Shown here: positions 16,977-25,124 of the stretch, in pieces
How the letters are laid out: each line of letters starts with the position of its first letter
How positions within the stretch are numbered: position 1 is the first letter of the stretch
NCBI GenBank assembly: GCA_965237405.1
Contig: OZ250139.1
Coordinates: 2,949,661 to 3,013,660, forward strand
Origin: Vicinamibacterales bacterium
GTDB lineage: Bacteria; Acidobacteriota; Vicinamibacteria; Vicinamibacterales; UBA8438
DNA: 64,000 nt
Direction: 5' to 3'
The notes under the pieces: model-generated
The model's database searches: none
The model's input: only the letters and a program-made list of their open reading frames with translations
What the model was told of the DNA's origin: nothing
Made by a program: the position numbers and the translations under genes

Positions 16977-17330
16977 ATGCTCGACCATCGATTTCCTGCC
17001 GTGACGAGCGTGCTCTCCGCTGGCTTGGCGGCGAGCTGCTGCATTCTTCCGATTGCGCTGATTGCAGCCGGCGTTGCCAGTGCCGGGCTCATGGTGTCCA
17101 TGATGCGCTACGAATGGCTCACACTCCCGCTCGGTGTCGTCGGCCTGACGGGAGCGTTCGTCGTCTACATGCGCCGACAACGACAGTGCGCGACGACGGG
17201 TTGCCGGTTCGTCGGCCAGCGAGTTAATCAGGTCTTCCTTATCCTCGGGACTATTGTCGTTGTGACGTCACTCCTCCTGCGCGTCTTTCCGTCCTGGACC
17301 AGTCGAATCGTCCAAGCCGTCATAGGATGA
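16977..17330 (+). CDS. MerT-like small membrane metal transporter
   Basis: 117 aa with three hydrophobic segments. There is a Cys-Cys pair in the first (AASCCILPIALIA) and a Cys pair (CATTGC) in the loop between segments 2 and 3, which is the MerT arrangement. Confidence 0.55.
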   Translation: MLDHRFPAVTSVLSAGLAASCCILPIALIAAGVASAGLMVSMMRYEWLTLPLGVVGLTGAFVVYMRRQRQCATTGCRFVGQRVNQVFLILGTIVVVTSLLLRVFPSWTSRIVQAVIG

Positions 17331-17366
17331 ACGCAGCCGACAAGCACAATCGCGTCAGTCGTGGGC

Positions 17367-17388
17367 GGTTCAACGGGGACGGGGGCTA
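17367..17388 (+). repeat. copy C of the 22-nt motif GGTTCAACGGGGACGGGGGCTA
   Basis: A perfect inverted match to 4599-4620, lying 37 nt after the MerT-like stop. Confidence 0.8.
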
Positions 17389-17608
17389 CGCCTCAACGAG
17401 ATGCGCGTCATCGGCCTCGTAGCGCAGGATGCGTTTGGCCTCGTCGAGATGCGCTAAAAGGAACGCACGATCCCTGGGCGTCAGAATGCCCTGCGGCGTG
17501 ATGTCGAACCCGGTCTCGGTCACGTCGAGGCGACTTCGCGGGACCCTCTGCTAATAAGTATGATCGGAGCATCATGGAGATACCCGAACCAGTGTGTTGA
17601 GACGCCGC

Positions 17609-18478
17609 ATGATTGAAACCATTGTCACGCATCCCGGCGGCGCCCATAAAGACGACCTCCTGGCCGTCTGCGTACTCATAGCCCGGCACCGGGCCCCGGT
17701 GTTCCGGCGAGACCCCACCGACGACGACCTCGATGACGCGTCTGTAGCGGTCGTCGATATCGGTGGAAGCCACGACCCGGCGAAGTCCAACTTCGACCAC
17801 CATCATTTCGACCGCGAGCACCCGCCCACCTGCGCGCTGAGCCTTGTGCTGCAACATCTCGGCCTCTACGAAGACGCGCTGCATTTCTGCGATTGGCTCG
17901 AGACTGCCGAGTGGTTGGATGGCCGCGGTCCCAACAAGACGGCCGAATGGCTTGGTGTCCCTCGTAAAGCGATCTCGCAGCTCAACTCGCCCATCGACAT
18001 GGCGTTGCTTCGGCGCTTCGCCCAATCGCCGTCGCATCAGCCGGGCGAGGCGCTGTACGAGTTCATGCGGATGGTGGGTGACGATCTATTGACGCACCTA
18101 CACACTGCCCGGGAGCGAATCGCGTTCGCCGCCGCTCACGTCGAGCGGTGGTCGATTCCGCATGCGGGCGAGACGATCGAGGCGCTGTTTCTTCCGCGCA
18201 CGGATCCGGGCAGCGACGAGCCGAGCACGGCGGTGGGCAACTACATTCGGTCCGAGGGTCTCGGCGAAGTCATTCAGGTCATCGTGTACCCAGACCGCCG
18301 CGGCGAGGGATACGGCATCGGACGCTATGAGGACCATCCTCGTTTCGACTTCTCACGCGTGCAGCAAGAGCCGGACGTGCACTTCGCGCACAAGAGCGGA
18401 TTCATGTGTAAGACGACGGCCACCGACCCCGACCGGTTGCGGGCGTTAATCGCGGGGGCCCAGGTCGACGTCACCTAG
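17609..18478 (+). CDS. MYG1/UPF0160 family metal-dependent hydrolase
   Basis: MIETIVTHPGGAHKDDLLAVCVL and DIGGSHDPAKSNFDHHHF match the MYG1 N-terminal and DHH-type motifs. Confidence 0.65.
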   Translation: MIETIVTHPGGAHKDDLLAVCVLIARHRAPVFRRDPTDDDLDDASVAVVDIGGSHDPAKSNFDHHHFDREHPPTCALSLVLQHLGLYEDALHFCDWLETAEWLDGRGPNKTAEWLGVPRKAISQLNSPIDMALLRRFAQSPSHQPGEALYEFMRMVGDDLLTHLHTARERIAFAAAHVERWSIPHAGETIEALFLPRTDPGSDEPSTAVGNYIRSEGLGEVIQVIVYPDRRGEGYGIGRYEDHPRFDFSRVQQEPDVHFAHKSGFMCKTTATDPDRLRALIAGAQVDVT

Positions 18479-18561
18479 CGGCATCATCGTCACGGAATGA
18501 AGGTACTTCTCCCGCCCTCTTCCCCCCGCGCCATCCGTCAAACCGTCAGTTGGTCCGTCTC

Positions 18562-18756
18562 GTGCTCTATCCTGGTGAGGGGCACGGCAATGCCAAGTCG
18601 GCGGTAAGGTTTGACTACGTGCTTCGGGCACTGCACTGAATGGAGCACTACCTGCAAGGCGAGGGTGGCGATCCGCCCGATCTCAATCTGGATTACGCCA
18701 AGCTCCTACCGTGGATCCACGAGGCGTCTGAAGGTGATCAGGCTGAATCCAAGTAA
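18562..18756 (+). pseudogene. C-terminal remnant of an S9 (prolyl oligopeptidase/DPP) family peptidase with in-frame TGA
   Basis: VLYPGEGHGNAKSAVRFDYVLRALH-TGA(18637-18639)-MEHYLQGEGG.... It has the catalytic His context (GEGHG) and the TGA sits where a Trp is usual. No upstream body of the gene is present. Confidence 0.5.
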
Positions 18757-18883
18757 CCACCTTTGTCTACCCTCTGTTTAACCCGTGCTTCCATTCGTTT
18801 GAAGTTTGTAACTCATTTAATAGCATAGGATTACGACGTTCATGGTCTTTGACTTGGCGGGCCTTTGACAATAGGCTATTGCC

Positions 18884-21241
18884 GTGAGGGTTAGGGGCTT
18901 GGTCTTGGTCTCGGCGCTGTGTGTGTGCCTCCAGCCAGGGTTGTTGGCGCAGGGTCGGTCGCCAGCCCTGTCCAGCCATCGTGCGCTGATCGATCGCTAC
19001 TGCGTCACCTGCCACAGCGAAAGACGGAAAACCGCTGGCTTGAGTCTGAAACAGATCGACATCGCCCACGTTGGTGAAGATGGTCAGTTATGGGAAAAGG
19101 TCGTGCGAAAGCTTCGCACGGGGGCCATGCCGCCTTCCGACCGACCGCAGCCTTCAACTGAAGACCGCATGGCACTGCTATCGTGGCTGGAGACGTCGCT
19201 TGACGAAGCGGCAGCCGCGAAACCGAATCCGGGCCGAACGGAGACATTGCGGCGACTCAACCGAACGGAATACCAGAACTCCATCAGGGACCTATTGGCT
19301 CTCGACATCGACGCCAAGTCGTTCTTGCCACTAGACGAAAGCGGCCACGGCTTCGACAATGTCACGGTAGGCGACCTTTCGCCAACGCTTCTGGACCGCT
19401 ATATTTCAGCCGCGCAGAAAATCAGCCGACTGGCGATTGGCAGCACGCAAACGTCACTGCAAAGCGAGGTCATTCGCGTGGCGGGTGACGTCACACAAGA
19501 GGAGCATGTTCCAGGCCTCCCAATCGGGACCCGCGGCGGGATAGTGGTTCCGTTCACCTTCGCACAGGACGGCGACTATGAGGTTCAGATCCGGCTAGCG
19601 CGCAATCGGACTGGGTACGTCGGCGGCTTGAGAGAGCCGGGAGCACACGAGTTGGAGCTGCTACTCGATCGGCGCAGTGTCGCGACGTTCAAAGTTGAAA
19701 AACCTCCAGACGGTGAAGACCATTTGCGCGTCGACGGGCACTTGAAGGCACGGATTTCCGTCATGGCCGGTCCACATGATCTGGGCGTCACGTTCCTGAA
19801 GCGCTCATCTTCACTAATCGAAACGGAGCGTCAGCCGCTGCTGTCGCATTTCAACGAGACTCGGCATCCTCGTCTAACGCCCGGGGTCTACGAGATCTCC
19901 GTTACTGGGCCCTATGCTGCGACAGGCGCCGACGATACCCCGAGCCGGCGTCGGATCTTTGTGTGTCGGCCCGCCAAGCCGACCGAGGAAGATGAAGAGC
20001 CGTGCGCAAGAGAGATTTTGTCGACGCTCATGCGGCGGGCCTATCGCCGATCGATCGCCGAGGCAGATCTGGTAGGACCGATGGACTTCTACCGGGATGC
20101 ACGGACCGAGACCGATTTCGATGCCGGTATAGGGAAGGCCCTCAGCGCCGTGCTCATGAACCCGGCCTTTTTGTTCCGCGTGGAGTCGGATCCGGATCTG
20201 GTCGTGTCGGGAACCGCCTACCGGATCGGCGATATCGAACTCGCATCCCGGCTGGCGTTTTTTCTATGGAGCAGCATTCCCGACGACGAGCTTCTCGATG
20301 CGGCGATACGGGGCGAACTCAGCCGGCCCGACGAGCTAGAGCGACAGGCTCGTAGGATGCTTGCGGATCCGCGGGCATACAATTTGGCCACTAACTTCGT
20401 CGGTCAGTGGCTCCGCCTACGCAATCTCGAGGCGGTGAGCCCGAATGTGCGTCTCTATCCCGACTTTGACGACAACCTTCGTCAGGCGTTCCGCACCGAG
20501 ACCGAGCTTTTCGTCGACAGCGTTCTTCGCGAAGACCGGAGTGTGCTCGACCTGCTTAAGGCCGACTACACATTCCTCAACGAGCGCTTGGCAAAACATT
20601 ACGGGATTCCGAACGTGTACGGAAGTCGCTTTCGGCGGGTGTCGATCGGGGAAGACAGCAAGCGCGGCGGATTGCTTCGGCACGGCAGCGTTCTGGCTGT
20701 CACGTCCTACGCCACGCGGACGTCGCCGGTGATTCGTGGGGTGTGGGTCCTGGATAACATTTTCGGTGCGCCCCCGCCACCGCCTCTCCCGAATGTACCG
20801 GCACTTGAGGAGAATTCGGTCGCCGCCAATCTCCCGATGCGGGAGCGACTGCGCGCCCATCGCAACAGCCCGGTGTGTTCAAGCTGTCACCGAACGATTG
20901 ACCCCGTCGGCTTTGCGCTCGAGAACTTCGACGCGGTCGGTCGCTGGAGGGATCACGTGGGTGACACAGGGCCCGTTGACGTGTCGGGAGCGTTACCTGG
21001 TGTGGGTGAGTTCAACGGGGTCGATGGACTCGAGGCGGGGTTGCTCAGCCGTCCAGATCTGTTCGCCGGAACACTGACGGAGAAACTGCTTACGTTTGCG
21101 TTGGGACGGGGTGTCGAGTACTACGATGCCCCAGCGATCCGAAAGATTCTCCGCGATGCCGAGCCAAATAGATATCGCTTATCGTCGCTTGTACTGGGTA
21201 TCATCAAGAGCGTGCCGTTTCAGATGAGGACATCCAGATGA
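18884..21241 (+). CDS. DUF1592/DUF1587/DUF1588/DUF1585/DUF1595-family protein with one CxxCH haem-c site (planctomycete-type cytochrome domain), copy 1
   Basis: Signal peptide, then RYCVTCHSE, LNRTEYQNSIRDLL, GFDN, AFLFRVE, FFLWSSIPDDELL, NFVGQWLRL and HRNSPVCSSCHRTIDPVGFALENFDAVGRWR. Confidence 0.85.
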   Translation: MRVRGLVLVSALCVCLQPGLLAQGRSPALSSHRALIDRYCVTCHSERRKTAGLSLKQIDIAHVGEDGQLWEKVVRKLRTGAMPPSDRPQPSTEDRMALLSWLETSLDEAAAAKPNPGRTETLRRLNRTEYQNSIRDLLALDIDAKSFLPLDESGHGFDNVTVGDLSPTLLDRYISAAQKISRLAIGSTQTSLQSEVIRVAGDVTQEEHVPGLPIGTRGGIVVPFTFAQDGDYEVQIRLARNRTGYVGGLREPGAHELELLLDRRSVATFKVEKPPDGEDHLRVDGHLKARISVMAGPHDLGVTFLKRSSSLIETERQPLLSHFNETRHPRLTPGVYEISVTGPYAATGADDTPSRRRIFVCRPAKPTEEDEEPCAREILSTLMRRAYRRSIAEADLVGPMDFYRDARTETDFDAGIGKALSAVLMNPAFLFRVESDPDLVVSGTAYRIGDIELASRLAFFLWSSIPDDELLDAAIRGELSRPDELERQARRMLADPRAYNLATNFVGQWLRLRNLEAVSPNVRLYPDFDDNLRQAFRTETELFVDSVLREDRSVLDLLKADYTFLNERLAKHYGIPNVYGSRFRRVSIGEDSKRGGLLRHGSVLAVTSYATRTSPVIRGVWVLDNIFGAPPPPPLPNVPALEENSVAANLPMRERLRAHRNSPVCSSCHRTIDPVGFALENFDAVGRWRDHVGDTGPVDVSGALPGVGEFNGVDGLEAGLLSRPDLFAGTLTEKLLTFALGRGVEYYDAPAIRKILRDAEPNRYRLSSLVLGIIKSVPFQMRTSR

Positions 21242-22581
21242 TCGTAACAAAGAAAGCGCTGCCGAGGCGTACGTTCCTTCGAGGGTTACAGGCCACTCTG
21301 GCGTTGCCATTACTCGACGCAATGATTCCTGCAGCGACGGTGCTGGCCAAGACACCGGCTAAGCCCGTACCTAGACTCGGTTACGTGTTCGTCCCGATGG
21401 GGTGCGACCACGCCCGCTGGACGCCACCCGGCGAGGGTACGCTCCGGGAGCTATCTCCCATACTTGGCCCGTTGGCATCGGTGCGAGATCAATTGACGGT
21501 CGTGACTAACCTTGAGTTGGAGAATTCCTATCCAGGTACCCACGACACGTCGAACTCGGGCTTCTTGAGCGCGGCGTTTGCCAAGCACACTGAGAGTTCT
21601 GATTACTACCTGGGTACGACGGCTGATCAGCTTGCGGTAAAACAGATCGGTCAAGCAACACAGCTGCCATCGCTTGAACTGTCGATGGACCTCGATCCGC
21701 TCGCTGGAGTGTGTAACAACGGCTACGCGTGCGTCTATCAGAATTGCCTTTCCTGGTCTTCGCCGACGACACCGTTACCCTCCGAGGCGCATCCGCGCAT
21801 TGTGTTTGAGCGTCTTTTCGGCGAGGGCGGTACTCCCGAGGAGCGCCGTGTGGCACTCAAAGAACGGGCGAGCCTACTCGACGCGTTTGGTGCGGACATT
21901 GCCCGTCTCAAGGGAGGCTTGGCCACGTCCGACCAGATTCGGATCGATCAGTATCTCGACAGCATTCGGGAGGTCGAACGTCAGATTCAGCGGGCTGAAA
22001 CCGCGGCCATGGATAACCCCGAACCCGACCTGGATCGTCCGATGGGCGTTCCGGCCGCCTTTGCCGATCACGCCAAGCTAATGTTCGACCTGCAGGTCTT
22101 GGCGCTTCAGGGCGACATCACTCGGATCATCACGTTTCAGCTGACACGCGAGCTCAATAATCGCACGTATCCAGAAATTGGTGTGCCAGATCCGCATCAT
22201 CCGACGAGTCATCACGGCAACGATCCAGAGAAGCTTGCCAAGATCGCTAAGATTAACACCTACCATGTTTCACTGTTCTCGCAGTTCCTTGAGAAGTTGA
22301 AAGCAATTCCAGATGGAGATGGTTCGCTCCTCGATCACACCATCTACTTGTACGGTAGTGGGATTGGGAACCCGAGCCTGCACGATCACGAGAACCTTCC
22401 CATTCTTGTTGTTGGTGGGAACGGCCACGGACTGATGGGTGGACAGCATATTAAATATGCCGACCAGACTCCGTTGGCGAATCTCCACTTAACGTTGCTG
22501 GACCGGGTCGGTGTTCGCTTGGATTCGTTCGGTGATAGCACCGGAAAGGTCAAAGACCTCTTTGATCCGGTATCGGTGTAA
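21238..22581 (+). CDS. TAT-exported DUF1552 family protein, copy 1
   Basis: Overlaps the upstream gene by 4 nt (ATGA). It has a twin-arginine leader LPRRTFLRGLQATLALPLLDAM, plus PDPHHPTSHHGND and LPILVVGG. Confidence 0.8.
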   Translation: MIVTKKALPRRTFLRGLQATLALPLLDAMIPAATVLAKTPAKPVPRLGYVFVPMGCDHARWTPPGEGTLRELSPILGPLASVRDQLTVVTNLELENSYPGTHDTSNSGFLSAAFAKHTESSDYYLGTTADQLAVKQIGQATQLPSLELSMDLDPLAGVCNNGYACVYQNCLSWSSPTTPLPSEAHPRIVFERLFGEGGTPEERRVALKERASLLDAFGADIARLKGGLATSDQIRIDQYLDSIREVERQIQRAETAAMDNPEPDLDRPMGVPAAFADHAKLMFDLQVLALQGDITRIITFQLTRELNNRTYPEIGVPDPHHPTSHHGNDPEKLAKIAKINTYHVSLFSQFLEKLKAIPDGDGSLLDHTIYLYGSGIGNPSLHDHENLPILVVGGNGHGLMGGQHIKYADQTPLANLHLTLLDRVGVRLDSFGDSTGKVKDLFDPVSV

Positions 22582-22628
22582 CTGGGTTACTAGTAGGCGT
22601 CTATTACAGGCTGTAGGAGAGATGACAC

Positions 22629-24194
22629 ATGCAACTGGGGGGTATCCTGGGGCTCTTCATCAGAGTATTTAGTCTGGTTCTCGTGTTGCTATCTGGCCTG
22701 GTTGGAATGGCCAGCGCCGTCGGGGATACGACGCTCGCCGACGCTGCTGAACACAGGGATACGGTGCTGATTCGGACCTTGCTCAATAGCGAGGTGGACG
22801 TAAACGCCCCGCAGGTTGATGGTATGACCGCTCTGCACTGGGCGGTTTACCATGACGACGCTGAGATGACTCAGCTACTAGTTGAGTCCGGAGCCGATCC
22901 GAATGTCACAAACCGCTACGGCGTACCTCCTCTTTCGCTTGGAGCGACGAACGGTCACGCAGCCATTGTTCGACTTCTACTTAGCGCTGGCGCCAACGTA
23001 AACGGGTCGCTGTCGGGTGGAGAAACCATCCTCATGACCGCGTCGCGAACAGGGAGTCTCGAAGTGGTTCAAGCGCTCCTCGCGACGGGAGCTGATCCCA
23101 ACGCTCGAGAGCAACGCGATCAAACGGTGCTGATGTGGGCTGCCGCTGAGGGGCACGCGGCGATTGTTCGTGTCCTTGTCGATGCTGGTGCTGATATCCA
23201 CACGCAACTTAAGTCTGGATTCACTCCGATGTTCTTTGCTGTTCGTGAAGGTCACATTGATACTGTAAGGACGTTTCTTGATCTAGGTGTTGATGTAAAT
23301 GCCCTTCTCGTTCGGGCAAAAGAAGGGCAAGATCCTCAAGTAAATAACGCAAGTTATAAACCTGTTGACGATGGTATAAGTCCACTCCTACTTGCTGTTA
23401 GGAATGGTCATTTCGAGCTCGCGATTGATCTGGTTGAGGCGGGGGCGGATCCAAACGATCAGCGCACGGGATTCACGCCGCTCCACACAATGAGCTGGGT
23501 GCGGAAGCCCGATGCCAGTGATCGTGGAGACCCGCCTCCGATTGGGTCGGGTAGTGTAACTGGCCTTGAGTTCGTCCGGAAGCTCGTTGCGGTTGGGGCG
23601 GATGTGGACGCGCGTTTAGCCGAAGGCGTACGACGTCCACCACACACGGCATCGAGCCTTGGAAGGCAAGGGGCGACGCCGTTTCTCATGGCTGCTGACA
23701 GAGGGGATATCGCTTGGATGCGGGTGCTCATTGAGCTGGGTGCAGATCCGTTCCTCCCGAACGCGCAGAACACAACATCGTTGATGGCTGCGGCGGGTTT
23801 CGGCACGACGGCTCCACTTGAGGAGGCCGGGACGGAGCTTGAAGCGCTAGAAGCGGTGCAGCTGCTTCTGGAACTTGGTTCGGATATCAACGCGGTGAAC
23901 AATCACGGCGACACCGCCATGCATGGCGCAGCGTTCGGTAATTATCCAAAAGTCGTTAAGCTACTTGCGGACAGTGGAGCCGACCCCGAAGTCTGGAGAC
24001 AAAAGAACAAACGGGGATTGACGCCGCTGTTTATTGCCGAGGGTCACCGGGGGGGAGGTTTCAAGCTGTCGCGCCCGACCACGGACGCCGTCATGAACGT
24101 AATGCTTGCAGCCGGTCTTTCAACCGATGGGCCAAGACCCGAGGTTCGAGACATCTACGAGAAGCCGCCTGAGTCCCTCCCCCCCAAGCCCTAG
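22629..24194 (+). CDS. secreted ankyrin-repeat protein, copy 1
   Basis: N-terminal hydrophobic signal and at least 8 ankyrin repeats (TALHWAV..., ...LLL.AGA..N pattern throughout). It is about 55% identical to 39440-41002 over the first half. Confidence 0.85.
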   Translation: MQLGGILGLFIRVFSLVLVLLSGLVGMASAVGDTTLADAAEHRDTVLIRTLLNSEVDVNAPQVDGMTALHWAVYHDDAEMTQLLVESGADPNVTNRYGVPPLSLGATNGHAAIVRLLLSAGANVNGSLSGGETILMTASRTGSLEVVQALLATGADPNAREQRDQTVLMWAAAEGHAAIVRVLVDAGADIHTQLKSGFTPMFFAVREGHIDTVRTFLDLGVDVNALLVRAKEGQDPQVNNASYKPVDDGISPLLLAVRNGHFELAIDLVEAGADPNDQRTGFTPLHTMSWVRKPDASDRGDPPPIGSGSVTGLEFVRKLVAVGADVDARLAEGVRRPPHTASSLGRQGATPFLMAADRGDIAWMRVLIELGADPFLPNAQNTTSLMAAAGFGTTAPLEEAGTELEALEAVQLLLELGSDINAVNNHGDTAMHGAAFGNYPKVVKLLADSGADPEVWRQKNKRGLTPLFIAEGHRGGGFKLSRPTTDAVMNVMLAAGLSTDGPRPEVRDIYEKPPESLPPKP

Positions 24195-24433
24195 GTAACG
24201 GCCCGAGAGGTCAAGCTTGTGCCATCGACGCGTTCTTGTTGATGGTTTTGTCGCCTTTCTTTTTTGTTCTTACAGTCAAGGTTCACCGAAACCTCCATCG
24301 GTGAAATGGCATGGTAACGGTGTGTGTTCCAGCGCGGGCGCTCATATCTTCGACCACGTGGGTACATACACGTCAGTCAAGACCGCGCAGGTGAGATCAG
24401 ATAGGATTCTCCAACACCAGGGAGACGAAACTC

Positions 24434-25069
24434 ATGAAGAAATATGTCACGGAATTCATCGGGACCTTCTTTCTTGTGCTGACGATAGGACTCACTGCCG
24501 TTGAGGGTACCGAGTTTGCCCCGCTCGCGATTGGATGTGCGCTGATGGTGATGGTGTACATGGGAGGGCATGTGTCGGGTGCTCATTACAACCCTGCGGT
24601 GACAGTGGCGTGGTACTTGCGTGGAAAGTTTCCGACAGCAGAGATTGTTCCCTACATGCTTGCCCAGATAATCGGAGCGCTCAGCGCGGCGGCCATGGTG
24701 TGTGTGGTGACCGGGAGTTCGTTTGCGCCCACTCCAGCCGCGGACGCCAGCATCGTGGCGATCTTGTTGGTGGAGATCTTGTTCACCTTTGCGCTGGCCA
24801 TTGTGATTCTTAATGTCGCGCCAAGCGAAGCGGTCCCAGGGAATTCGTTCTACGGTCTGGCAATTGGTTTCACCGTTGCAATGGGTGCGTTTGCAGGCGG
24901 TTCAATTTCTGGCGGCGCCTACAATCCGGCTGTTGGCATTGGGCCGACCGTGGTGAATGTGGCCACTGGCGCGGGGTCCTTTAGTGATTTGTGGTTCTAT
25001 CTCGTGGGACCGCTTACTGGGGGTGCGTTGGCAGCAGCGGTGGTTCGATTACAACACGCGGAGGACTAG
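24434..25069 (+). CDS. MIP-family channel (aquaporin Z-like)
   Basis: 211 aa with six hydrophobic segments and two NPA boxes (HYNPAVTV, AYNPAVGIG). Confidence 0.9.
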   Translation: MKKYVTEFIGTFFLVLTIGLTAVEGTEFAPLAIGCALMVMVYMGGHVSGAHYNPAVTVAWYLRGKFPTAEIVPYMLAQIIGALSAAAMVCVVTGSSFAPTPAADASIVAILLVEILFTFALAIVILNVAPSEAVPGNSFYGLAIGFTVAMGAFAGGSISGGAYNPAVGIGPTVVNVATGAGSFSDLWFYLVGPLTGGALAAAVVRLQHAED

Positions 25070-25124
25070 CCTTCGAGCCCACCGACGGACCTCATAGGTT
25101 TCGTCGATTAAGGAGAGGTGAAGC

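Noticed and set aside
17408-18037. 209-aa minus-strand ORF overlapping the MYG1-family gene
   Set aside because: The plus-strand frame carries clear MYG1 motifs and the minus-strand product has none. Only its extreme 3' tail (about 17390-17530) might be a separate small remnant, which I could not support.
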